From NCBI GenBank assembly GCA_031431875.1, contig JANPEF010000086.1, forward strand, positions 1-15,542: a stretch of DNA of 15,542 nt. The letters run 5' to 3'. This stretch comes from Candidatus Eiseniibacteriota bacterium (GTDB taxonomy: Bacteria > Eisenbacteria > RBG-16-71-46 > DASYSL01). Made by a program: the position numbers and the translations under genes. Positions 1 through 8,769 of the stretch are shown here, piece by piece; position 1 is the first letter of the stretch; the number at the start of each line of letters is the position of its first letter. The notes beneath the pieces were generated by a model. It made no database searches. It saw nothing but the letters and a program-made list of their open reading frames with translations, and had not been told where the DNA came from.

Positions 1-2271
1 CAGGTGCGCGGGATCGCGATCGACGCTGCGGGCGACGTGTACATCGCCGATTCGGGGAACTTTCGCATCCAGAAGTTCGATGCGGCCGGCAACTTCCTGG
101 CGAAGTGGGGCACGGTGGGTAGCGGTGACGGGCAGTTGAACATCCCGACCAGCGTGGCCATCGATCCGTCGGGAAACGTCTACGTGTGCGACGCTTACAA
201 CAACCGCATCCAGAAGTTCACGTCGACCGGAACGTATCTCGCCCAGTGGGGCTCGTTCGGAAGCGGCAACGGGCAGTTCCAGTTCCCGTGGGCCGTCGGC
301 GTCGACGCAGTCGGCAACGTCTACGTCGCCGACAACGGCAACGACCGCATCCAGAAGTTCACCGCCGCCGGCGGCTACCTCACGCAGTGGGGAACGGCGG
401 GCACGGGCGACGGACAGTTCGACGCCCCGATCTCGCTGAGCATCGACACTGAAGCGAACGTCTATGTCATGGACTCGGGGAACCATCGCATCCAGAAGTT
501 CAGCGGTGCCGGAGTCATTCCGTCACGCTGGCCCATGTCCTACGCGTTCGACCTGAAGGGTCCTGACGGGGACTACTTCCTCACGCCAGCCGGCATCGCC
601 GCGGGATCGGGACCGTACGTCTACGTCGCCCAGGCCAGCGGCATCGTCCGCGCGCGCTCGTTCGGCGGCGCCACGTTCGAGCTCTACGGCTCGCCCGGGA
701 GCGGTAACGGGCAGTTCAACCTGCCCTCCGGGGTCGCCACGGACGCGGCGGGACTGGTCTACGTCGCCGACACGAACAACCACCGCATCCAGAAACTGTC
801 GGCGACGGGTGTGTTCATCACGAAGTGGGGATCCGCCGGCACGGGCAACGGCCAGTTCAACGAACCCTCCGCCATTGCGGTCGACCCCTCGGGGAATGTG
901 TTCGTCGTCGATGAGGTGAACCGCCGCATCCAGAAGTTCACGTCCACGGGCGTCTACCTGTTGCAGTGGGGATCCCTCGGCTCCGGAAACGGACAGTTCA
1001 ACTTCCCCAACGGCATCGCCATCGACCGAAACGGGATCGTGTACGTCGCAGACGGCGGAAACTCCCGCGTTCAGAAGTTCACCGTCAACGGCACGTACCT
1101 CGGGCAATGGCCCATGCCGCTGGGCGCGACTCCCGACGACATCGCGGTCGACGCCGCGGGCAACGTTTACGTTCCGACCGGAACCGGAGGGCACGTCTTC
1201 CGTCTGACTTCGAACGGGTTGCTCCTGAACACGTACAACCTCGGCGCGGGGACCTCCCCCCGGGCCGTCGGCGTCGATCCCGCCGGCAGCGTCTACATCG
1301 CCGACGCCTCGAACGCGCACATCCTCAAATACATGACCTCACCGACGATCGCGCTCGCTTCGGACGTCCCCGGCGACGAAGGCGGCCGCGTCACCGTCCG
1401 CATCCGGCCGGCGTCGGCGGACTCGCCGAACTCGGGTTTCACCGTGCTCGGCTACGACGTGTACATGCGGAGCGGGCCCCTGTCGACCGCCGCCGGCCCG
1501 GACGAGGGCCTCCAGCCGAAGCTCGATGCCTACCTGATCCCCGCGACAGGTGCCGCGGAGTACACGGCCGTCGTCAACACCGCGGGCGATGCCACCGCCG
1601 CCGAGCTGCAGCACTGGGGGCTCACGGTCCGCGCGTGGACCGGGCCGTACAGCTACTACGAGTCGGAGCTCCACCCCGCCCTGTCGGTCGACAACCTGCC
1701 GCCGCCGACCCCGTCGCCGTTCACGGCCGGCTATTCGGGCGGCGGGACACACCTGCACTGGAACGTGAACCCGGCCGCCGACTTCACGACGTTCCGGTTG
1801 TATCGCAGCGCGGACCCCGCGTTCGTGCCGGGCCAGGGCACACTGCTGGCGGCGACAACGGACACCGGTTACGTCGATCCGGTCCAGCCGGGGTTCACGT
1901 ACAAGCTGTCGGCCGTCGACGAGCACGGCAACGAGAGCCCGTTCGCCACGGTCGGGCCGGGCGGTGTCGTGGACGTTCCCGGTCCCCCGCCGTCGCTGGC
2001 GTTCGCGCTCGACCCGACCTGGCCGAACCCGGCGTCAGGACGGACGCTGACCGCGCGATTCACGCTGCCGCGCGCGGCGGCGGCACGGCTCGAGCTGATC
2101 GACGTCGTGGGTCGGAGAGTGGTGTCCCGCGATGTGGGTGGCCTCGGTGCCGGGACGCACACCGTCGACCTGTCGTCTGCCGGAGGGCGTGTGATCGAAG
2201 CGGGCGTGTACTTTCTTCGGCTGTCGCAGCGCGAGAATGCCGCGGTCCGGCGGCTGGTCGTTCTCGACTAG
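1..2271 (+). CDS. NHL-repeat (6-bladed beta-propeller) protein with FN3-like domain and C-terminal FlgD-Ig/T9SS-like sorting domain; N-terminus probably outside the window
   Basis: About 10 repeats of G[ST]G[ND]GQFxxPxxxAxDxxGNVYVADxxNxRIQKF, with 141-bp periodicity (cgcatccagaagttc at 64, 205, 346, 487). These are followed by DVPGDEGG, an FN3-like segment (HLHWNVNP..FRLYR..YKLSAVDEHGNES) and the tail FALDPTWPNP..LELIDVVGR..AGVYFLRL..RRLVVLD. The frame is open from base 1, begins mid-repeat and has no signal peptide, so the GTG at 4 is unlikely to be the true start. Confidence 0.9.
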   Translation, partial: QVRGIAIDAAGDVYIADSGNFRIQKFDAAGNFLAKWGTVGSGDGQLNIPTSVAIDPSGNVYVCDAYNNRIQKFTSTGTYLAQWGSFGSGNGQFQFPWAVGVDAVGNVYVADNGNDRIQKFTAAGGYLTQWGTAGTGDGQFDAPISLSIDTEANVYVMDSGNHRIQKFSGAGVIPSRWPMSYAFDLKGPDGDYFLTPAGIAAGSGPYVYVAQASGIVRARSFGGATFELYGSPGSGNGQFNLPSGVATDAAGLVYVADTNNHRIQKLSATGVFITKWGSAGTGNGQFNEPSAIAVDPSGNVFVVDEVNRRIQKFTSTGVYLLQWGSLGSGNGQFNFPNGIAIDRNGIVYVADGGNSRVQKFTVNGTYLGQWPMPLGATPDDIAVDAAGNVYVPTGTGGHVFRLTSNGLLLNTYNLGAGTSPRAVGVDPAGSVYIADASNAHILKYMTSPTIALASDVPGDEGGRVTVRIRPASADSPNSGFTVLGYDVYMRSGPLSTAAGPDEGLQPKLDAYLIPATGAAEYTAVVNTAGDATAAELQHWGLTVRAWTGPYSYYESELHPALSVDNLPPPTPSPFTAGYSGGGTHLHWNVNPAADFTTFRLYRSADPAFVPGQGTLLAATTDTGYVDPVQPGFTYKLSAVDEHGNESPFATVGPGGVVDVPGPPPSLAFALDPTWPNPASGRTLTARFTLPRAAAARLELIDVVGRRVVSRDVGGLGAGTHTVDLSSAGGRVIEAGVYFLRLSQRENAAVRRLVVLD

Positions 2272-2300
2272 AGTCGCGCCTTGGTGCCGTGAAACTCGCC

Positions 2301-4877
2301 CTACCGCACGACCACTCGATCCGTGCGGATGATCTCGGCCGCCGCGCCATCCTCGCGAATGCGCGCGCGGCCGAAGTAGACACCGCGGCGGAGCCCTTCC
2401 GGCAGGGCATGGCGATGGACGCCGGCCGGCGCCGCGCCGTCGACGAGGCGCGCGACCTCGCGTCCGCGCACGTCGTAGAGCGCGACGTGCACCCGGGCCG
2501 CGCGCGGCAACGCGAGATCGAACCCGCCGGGCATCGATCCCGTCGCAGAACGACCCGTGAACGCGACCGCCTGCGGCAACTCGGCACCGGGCTCCACCGC
2601 CACCGTGGTGTTGAAGATGAGGTGAATGGCCGTCGACTTGTAGACGATCTCGAAGAGCGAGGGATCGAGGCCGTTCACGACCACCGAGGCGAATGTGTTC
2701 GTGCGCGAGGGGAAGCTCAGGAGCGTGACCGTCGTGTTCGCCTGGTAGGCGCCGTTGGGGTCGAAGAAGAGCTCGAGCGTGCCGCCCAGGTTTGCCGCAC
2801 CCGTCACCCGGATCCGGTCCGCCTGGTTGAGGCCCGTTCCTCGGACCCGCATGCGGAGCGTGCTCGTCGCCTGCAGGTTCAACGCGCCCTGCACCCGCAG
2901 CGTGTCCGGGGCCGCGCCCCCGATCGACAGGACACCCGCGTTGGTGAGCGTCGGGGTCTCCAACGCGCCGATCGCGCGAACGACTCCCGTGGCCGGGTTC
3001 GTCAGGCCGGACGTCGTCTTGATGCGACCCTCCTCGACGGTCGTCGTGTCCCCGAGGGTGATCGGCTGAGCGCTGATGAGCGTCACCAGGGAGCCTCCCG
3101 CCTCGAGCGTTCCCGCGAACTGGACACCACCCAGGAGGGACACGCCGAGCGTGAGGTCGCCGCCGATGGCCGAGATGCGCGTCGTCGGGTCGCTCGACAC
3201 CACCCTCGAGGCGACGGTGCCACGACCGCGGATGCGGCCGTTGCCCTGCAGCGTGGTCGTTGCGAGGGTCGAGGCTCCCCCGCCCAGGTCGAGCAAGCCG
3301 AGGAGAGTCATGATGCCCGGCGTGTCGACCGTTCCCCCGGTGTTGACGTGCATGGTTCCGCCGGGCCAGATCTTGAGCGAGGAGGCCCCAATGTTGCCGC
3401 GCAGCAGGCCGCCGGAGGAGATCGTCATGTCCGCGGTCCCGCCGGCCTGCCCCGCATCGCCCGCGAGATAGAACATGTTGTCCCAGCCGATGAGCGAGCC
3501 CGTCCCCGTCAGCTGGATCGTCGAGACCGCGCCGACCTGGTCCGCCGACTCGAAGCTGCTGAGCGCGAGATAGGAGCCGTTGGTCACGGCGAGGGACGTG
3601 TTCGACGAACTCCCTCCGAGCTGCATGTCGCCCCCTGCCAGGTTCGAGGAGGAGTCGACTGTCACCGCGAACGTGCCGCTCGTCACGATGAGGTCGCCCC
3701 CGCTCAAGGTGAGCGAGGCATTCGAATCGACGGCAAGCGATCCCGAACTACCCGCGAAAGACAGGTTTCCGGAAACGGTGAAACCCGCGCCCCGGATCAC
3801 CTCGAGTCGCGGCGCGCTCGTCGACGTTCCCATGCTGATGCCGGATCCCGCGGTCGCAGTGCCGTTGTCGACACGGAACGTCCCCCCGTCCCAGTCGAAC
3901 ACGCCATGCGCGCCATTGAGCGTGAAGTTCTTGACGTGGAGCAGGCCGCCGTTCAGGTGCAGCGTGCCCGTTCCACCGTCGGAATCACCGACGCGCAGGA
4001 CGTTCTTCACGACCATCGTTCCGCCGACGTTGACGTTGAGCGTGCCGATCCCGCTCCCGATGCCTGCGGTCGTGTTGTTCGCCACCGCACACACATCGTT
4101 CACCGTGACGATGGAGTTCGTGCCCGAGACGTTGAGCGTCCCGTTCACCGCGGCCCCGACGGCGATCACCATGTCGTCCTGCACGTTGACGACACCGGAA
4201 GAAGCCACGCTGAGCATCCCGTTGCCGCCGTTGCCGATCAGGACGTCCGCGTCCGCGGTCGCGGTCTCGAGGGTCGAGGAGTTGAGTGCGCTGGCGCCGG
4301 TGACGAGAACGTTGCCGCTGCCGCCGGCCGCGTTGCCGAGGACCAGGTCGTCATTGACGCGCACGACGCCGCCTGCGCTCACGGTCAAGTTGCCGGCGCC
4401 GGAGGCTCCGACGACCAGGTCCGCGCCGGCGTTCTGCACCTGGAAGAGGACGTTGGAGCCGGTGACCGTCATGCTGGCGGTGGTGCCCGCCGCGCTGCCG
4501 ATCGTCGAAGAGCTGCCGGTGGCCAGCGTGCCGGTTGTGACGTTCGCGGTCGCATTGTCGCCGTTCTGCGAACCGACGACGACGCCCCCGGACGCGAAGT
4601 GCGGCGAGAGGAACGAGAGCGTGTTCGTCCCGGTGCGATAGACGTGCTGGGTGCTCGCAGAAACGGCGGAGCTCCAGGCCACGGTGCGCGGTCCGGCCAC
4701 GTTGAACAGGAGGATGTCCGCGGCCGCCGGGACCTGCGCCGGGGACCAGTTGGACGACGACGCGGCAACGCCGCTACCGACGGTGATCCAGGACAGGTTG
4801 GCCGCTGCCGCGGGGCGCGGGAATGCGAGGAGAACCAGGAACAGAAGCGGGCGGAAGTCTCGGACCGGGGTGGCCAT
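2301..4877 (-). CDS. Secreted autotransporter-passenger-like (T5SS/PEP-CTERM-associated repeat) beta-helix protein, 858 aa, with C-terminal FlgD-Ig/T9SS-like domain
   Basis: Start reassigned to ATG at 4877 (MATPVRDFRPLLFLVLLAFPRPAAAA, a Sec-type signal peptide), with GGAG 6 nt upstream. G/T/S/V/N-rich repeats of the type LVVGASGAGNLTVSAGGVV, VLIGNGGNGMLSVASSGVV and GTLNVNVGG. A DRIRVTGAANLGGTLEL segment resembles passenger C-termini. Tail VHVALYDVRGREVARLVDG..PAGVH..RGVYFGRARI. Confidence 0.85.
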   Translation of the reverse strand: MATPVRDFRPLLFLVLLAFPRPAAAANLSWITVGSGVAASSSNWSPAQVPAAADILLFNVAGPRTVAWSSAVSASTQHVYRTGTNTLSFLSPHFASGGVVVGSQNGDNATANVTTGTLATGSSSTIGSAAGTTASMTVTGSNVLFQVQNAGADLVVGASGAGNLTVSAGGVVRVNDDLVLGNAAGGSGNVLVTGASALNSSTLETATADADVLIGNGGNGMLSVASSGVVNVQDDMVIAVGAAVNGTLNVSGTNSIVTVNDVCAVANNTTAGIGSGIGTLNVNVGGTMVVKNVLRVGDSDGGTGTLHLNGGLLHVKNFTLNGAHGVFDWDGGTFRVDNGTATAGSGISMGTSTSAPRLEVIRGAGFTVSGNLSFAGSSGSLAVDSNASLTLSGGDLIVTSGTFAVTVDSSSNLAGGDMQLGGSSSNTSLAVTNGSYLALSSFESADQVGAVSTIQLTGTGSLIGWDNMFYLAGDAGQAGGTADMTISSGGLLRGNIGASSLKIWPGGTMHVNTGGTVDTPGIMTLLGLLDLGGGASTLATTTLQGNGRIRGRGTVASRVVSSDPTTRISAIGGDLTLGVSLLGGVQFAGTLEAGGSLVTLISAQPITLGDTTTVEEGRIKTTSGLTNPATGVVRAIGALETPTLTNAGVLSIGGAAPDTLRVQGALNLQATSTLRMRVRGTGLNQADRIRVTGAANLGGTLELFFDPNGAYQANTTVTLLSFPSRTNTFASVVVNGLDPSLFEIVYKSTAIHLIFNTTVAVEPGAELPQAVAFTGRSATGSMPGGFDLALPRAARVHVALYDVRGREVARLVDGAAPAGVHRHALPEGLRRGVYFGRARIREDGAAAEIIRTDRVVVR

Positions 4878-5334
4878 GCGGATCTCCAATCGAGCAGGGG
4901 TCGAATGAGGATCCAACACCTGGGGCGCCGCCACAAGCAGGAAAAGCGGGAGCGCGACGCGCCCCCGCCCCCGTTCCGTCCTCGCGGATCCGCCTTCAGG
5001 ATATTGTCCTGGCGATCGAGGAACAACCTGCCGTCCGTGGCGGTGAGCCCCAGCGACAGCGGGCCCGTGACGGAACCGGCGTCGGCGCCGCGGACCACCA
5101 GCCCGTCGCCGGCGAGGCTCCACGCCAGGCCTGTCATCGCAGCGCCGAAACGACGAGTCACAGGCGGCCCTCGAAGCAGAACGAGTCTCGCAGATTAGAT
5201 CGAATTCCGGATTGCCCGCAGGGGGGGGCTCTCGCTCGCCCGCTCGCTTGGAAATCGGCATCAGGCTCCGCCCGACGTCGTGCCGCGTGTCGATGTGGGG
5301 TGCGCGAGCGTCGACGCGGAGGAGTGCATCCCGA

Positions 5335-5811
5335 TCACTGGTCGTTCGCCCCGCCTCCATCGAGGATCCGCTCGAGCTGAATGCGATGGCGCATCGGATG
5401 GACGACCGCGTGCTCGAGCAGGTGCTCCACGCTCAGGAGCGCGCCCCACCGGGTGCGGTGGACCTGCGGCTCGAGCTCTTCCAGCGTGACTTCGGCGAGG
5501 TGGCGACGGTAGGCGGCGAGCACGCCTTCGGAGAACTCCGCCGCGCGGGACATGATCTCGCGCGGATCCTGGCTTCCGTCGACGTCGGTCACGGGGCGGT
5601 TCACCCACTCGCCGATGCGCGTCAGGTAGCCGCGCGCCGCCATGAACACATGGCCGGCCAGTCGCTCGCGGTCCACGTAGTCCTCGTCGCCGTGGGCCTC
5701 GGGCATGGGCAGCCCGGCGGCGGCGAAGCGCTTCCAGGTCTCGAGGAACGAGCGCAGCTCGCGCTCGTGCAATTCCACCAGGCTGCGGACGGCGCGACTG
5801 CGAAAGAGCAT
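5335..5811 (-). CDS. DinB/YfiT-like family protein
   Basis: 158 aa helical protein with an early His (LAGHV) and C-terminal LLEHAVVHPMRHRIQL, matching the DinB H...HxxxH metal-binding pattern. AGGAG RBS upstream of the ATG. Confidence 0.8.
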   Translation of the reverse strand: MLFRSRAVRSLVELHERELRSFLETWKRFAAAGLPMPEAHGDEDYVDRERLAGHVFMAARGYLTRIGEWVNRPVTDVDGSQDPREIMSRAAEFSEGVLAAYRRHLAEVTLEELEPQVHRTRWGALLSVEHLLEHAVVHPMRHRIQLERILDGGGANDQ

Positions 5812-5907
5812 GGGGTTCTCCTGAAGATGGTCCGAGCAACTGAAACCGGGGATTGGGGGCGGAGGAAGAGTACGGCAAGGCGCCCGGTCGCGGGACGGCT
5901 CCGTGCG

Positions 5908-8373
5908 TCAGCGCTCGACCCTCACCACCTTCGCATGCCTGCGCTCCGTCGCCGTCTCGAGCGTCACGAAGAACACCCCCGGTGCAAGCCGTGCGCCGTC
6001 GCGATCCAGGCCGTCCCACGCGATGCGATGCGGGCCGGCGGAGAACGTGCCCGGCGCGAACGCGCGCACCAGCCGCCCGGCGACGTTGTGGATCTCGATC
6101 CGCACGGCGCCTGCCGTGGAGAGCGTGAACTCGATCGCTTGCCCGGCGCGGGAAGGGTTCGGCGTCGCCCGCAGCGCGAGACCGGCGAGGGGGGCGGGCT
6201 CGATCCCGACGGTGCCCAAGGTCATGCCCGCGATCGCCGAGTGCGGCTTCGCCAGGATCGAGGTGAAGAGCCCGGACGCGTAGAGCGAGCCGCTCGCCTC
6301 GGCGAGGTCGAAGACGCCCGGCAGGTCCGCGCCCAGAACGAACACGCTCTGGAAGCTCCACGTCGGGGCGTTGAACGATGTCGCCGCCCCTGCCTGCGCG
6401 GTGTCGACCTGCGCGAGGTTCTCGCGGTTCTGCCCGCCGACGTTCGAGAAGTAGCCGCCCAGGTAGAGCGTCCCGCCGCTCGGCAGGATCGTGTAGACGC
6501 TGCCGTCGCACTGGGGATCCCACGCCAGTGGCGTGTTCGTGGGAGGGTTGAACGCCGCGATGCCACGGCGTTGCTGGCCCCCGATCGTGCCTTGCCCCGC
6601 GAAGCCCAGGTAGAGCGTGCCGCCGATGCGCGCGAGCGTCTTGATCGGTTTGGACGGGTTCGGGATGAAGCCCGTCGGCACTCCGTTCGGGTCGAGCTGC
6701 GCGACATACTGCCGCGAGTAGAGTCCCGCGAATCCGGTGAACTTGCCCGCGACGTAGACCCACTGCGGGTCGACCGCAATCGCGTCGACCTGTGCGTTCG
6801 CGTTCGGGTTCCAGGCCGAGAGCGACGGCAGCGGGGCGTCGGTCACGGCGGCGAGCCGATTGCGCGGCGTGCCCATCACGTTCGTGAACGTGCCGCCCAG
6901 GAAGATGGTCGAGCCGCCCACGTCCGAGCGGTACGCGATCGCGCGAACGTCGCCGTCGGGCGCGGGACTCCACGACGCGAGATTTCCGCCCGCGTCGAGC
7001 CGCGCGACATGCGGCCGCGACTGACCACCGACCGTCGTGAACGCGCCGCCGGCGTAGAGCAGGCCCCCGATCTGCTCGAGCGCGTACACCGTGCCGTTCG
7101 TCCCGGGATTCCAGGCGGTCGCGATGCCGGTCGTGAGGTCGAGCGCCGCGAGGTTCGCGCGCGCGACGCCGCCCAGGCTCGTGAAGTCGCCCCCAAGCCA
7201 CACGGTCGTATCGACGGCCGCGAACACGCGCACCGGCGCGTTCGGCTGCGGATTCCACGCGGTCGCAGCACCGCCCGACGTCGCGACCGCGCCGCCGAAC
7301 GGCCGCGGCTGCCCGCCGAGCGTGCCGAAGTAACCGCCCACGTACATCGTCGTGCCGCTCAGCCGCAGGGAGACGACGGTGTTGTCCGCACCCGGGTTCC
7401 ACGCGCCGAGGGTCGCTCCGCTGAACGAAGCGAGACGCGCCCGGGGCTGCCCCGCGGCCAGCGTGAAGTCGCCGCCCATGTAGGTCAGGACGATCGTGCG
7501 CCCCGAGATCACGAGCGATCGCACGGCCCCGTTCGGTGACGGGTTGAATGCCGTCGGCTGGTTGTAGGTCGCCGAGGTCGGCGTCGCGTCCACCTGCGCG
7601 AAGTTCGCGCGCGGAAACCCGAACACCAGCTCGAACGAGCCGCCCATGTAGACGTGCGTGGTCAGGTTGATCACGTCGTAGAGGACGGCGAGCGCATAGA
7701 CGTCCCCGTTCGGATTCGGCTGCCAGCTCGACGCCGCGCCGGTCGTCGCGTCGAGCGCCGCGACGTGCAGGCGCGAGACCCCCGCGACGGAGGTGAACCC
7801 GCCACCCACGTAGACGAGTCCGGCCCCGAGGCCCATCGCGTTCACGCTCGAGTTCACGTTCGGGTTCCAGCCGACGACGACCGCGCCCGTGGTCGTGTCG
7901 ACGGCTGCGAGATTGTTCCGCCCCTGCCCGCCGACCTGCGAGAACTGCCCGCCGAGATAGACCTTCCCCCCGGAGAGGAGCAGCGCGTTGACGGTGCCGT
8001 TGACGTTCGGATCCCACGCCTTGACCGCGCCGGTCGCGCTGATCCTCGCGAGGCTGTTCCGGGCGACGCCCGTGATGTGGCGGAACGACCCGCCCACGTA
8101 CCAACCGCCCGCGCCGTCCGACACGATCGCCTTGATCGTTCCGTCCACGTTGAGCAGCGCCTGGAGCGGGCTGCCGGTGGTGGCGTGGAGCGGCATGAGC
8201 CCGCCCGTCGCGGGCCCGACCCGGCTGAAGTCCCCGCCGAGGTAGAGCGTGTTGCCCACGACCGTCGAGGCATAGACGCCCCCATTGGTGACCCAGAGGT
8301 CGTCGCGCAGCACCTGGGCCGAAGCGGCGGAGGCCCAGAACAGCATCAGGATAAGCAGGAGGAGACGAGTCAT
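5908..8373 (-). CDS. Secreted beta-propeller repeat protein (14 repeats, likely two 7-bladed propellers) with C-terminal FlgD-Ig/T9SS-like domain
   Basis: Signal peptide MTRLLLLILMLFWASAASAQ and GAGGTG RBS. ~50 aa repeats WNPxxNGxVxAL..G..LYxGGxFT..GG..RxxLAAxD. Tail LRATPNPS..IEFTL..IEIHNVAGRLVR..AGPHRIAWDGLDRDGARLAPGVFFVTL..KVVRVER is a typical FlgD-Ig-like signature. Confidence 0.9.
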   Translation of the reverse strand: MTRLLLLILMLFWASAASAQVLRDDLWVTNGGVYASTVVGNTLYLGGDFSRVGPATGGLMPLHATTGSPLQALLNVDGTIKAIVSDGAGGWYVGGSFRHITGVARNSLARISATGAVKAWDPNVNGTVNALLLSGGKVYLGGQFSQVGGQGRNNLAAVDTTTGAVVVGWNPNVNSSVNAMGLGAGLVYVGGGFTSVAGVSRLHVAALDATTGAASSWQPNPNGDVYALAVLYDVINLTTHVYMGGSFELVFGFPRANFAQVDATPTSATYNQPTAFNPSPNGAVRSLVISGRTIVLTYMGGDFTLAAGQPRARLASFSGATLGAWNPGADNTVVSLRLSGTTMYVGGYFGTLGGQPRPFGGAVATSGGAATAWNPQPNAPVRVFAAVDTTVWLGGDFTSLGGVARANLAALDLTTGIATAWNPGTNGTVYALEQIGGLLYAGGAFTTVGGQSRPHVARLDAGGNLASWSPAPDGDVRAIAYRSDVGGSTIFLGGTFTNVMGTPRNRLAAVTDAPLPSLSAWNPNANAQVDAIAVDPQWVYVAGKFTGFAGLYSRQYVAQLDPNGVPTGFIPNPSKPIKTLARIGGTLYLGFAGQGTIGGQQRRGIAAFNPPTNTPLAWDPQCDGSVYTILPSGGTLYLGGYFSNVGGQNRENLAQVDTAQAGAATSFNAPTWSFQSVFVLGADLPGVFDLAEASGSLYASGLFTSILAKPHSAIAGMTLGTVGIEPAPLAGLALRATPNPSRAGQAIEFTLSTAGAVRIEIHNVAGRLVRAFAPGTFSAGPHRIAWDGLDRDGARLAPGVFFVTLETATERRHAKVVRVER

Positions 8374-8540
8374 GGCGGCACCTCGGATCGATCGGAATGG
8401 GAGCCCTCACCGGCTTCAGCAAGATTTCGTGGCGGAATGGCTCATCGCAGGCTGTCGAATCCCCACCCCTCGACGAGAATGCCCCAATCGACACGACCGA
8501 ACAGGGCGCCTGCGGACCGTCGACCTCCAGGCGGCTCCCG

Positions 8541-8590
8541 CAACTTGCTGCGCAGAAAGTTGGGCGAATCCACTGTCCCCGAGGACAGTT
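8541..8590. repeat. Dispersed two-hairpin repeat, copy 1
   Basis: CAACTTGCTGCGCAGAAAGTTG (22-bp palindrome, 1 mismatch), spacer, then ACTGTCC-ccga-GGACAGT (perfect 7-bp stem). Confidence 0.85.
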
Positions 8591-8769
8591 CATCGAAGCG
8601 ACTCTCGGGGGCGCTGGACGAACGGCCGAGCGAATCTGGCGGCGAGGCAATCACCCGACGACCGGACCCCTCTTGACTCGATCCCGGACGGCCCGCAAGT
8701 TCGACGAACCCAGCCGGAGTCCCGAGTGAACATCGGGCTCATCCACCTCGACACGGAGCCGCCATCCCC

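Noticed and set aside
64..1080. 141-bp periodic nucleotide repeats (cgcatccagaagttc)
   Set aside because: Explained by coding NHL repeats; not a separate DNA element.
966..5198. 1410-aa plus-strand ORF
   Set aside because: Arg/Gly-rich shadow frame overlapping the NHL gene out of frame and antisense to the beta-helix gene. Long stop-free frames are expected at this GC content.
5297..5306. GGGGTGCGCG matching part of the 30-bp direct repeat
   Set aside because: Only 10 GC-rich bases match; compatible with chance.
4878..5360. 161-aa N-terminal extension of the 1019-aa ORF
   Set aside because: Arg/Pro-rich and overlaps the DinB 3' end. The RBS and signal peptide point to ATG 4877.
5212..8650. 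Long ORFs 5212..7539 (+) and 5261..8650 (-)
   Set aside because: Antisense or alternate frames of the DinB and propeller genes; low-complexity Arg/Pro/Gly translations without motifs.
8673..8740. TTGACT-17-CAAGTT promoter-like pattern and GAGTCCCGA/TCGGGCTC hairpin upstream of DUF1801
   Set aside because: The -10 match is poor and short GC hairpins arise easily by chance; insufficient support.
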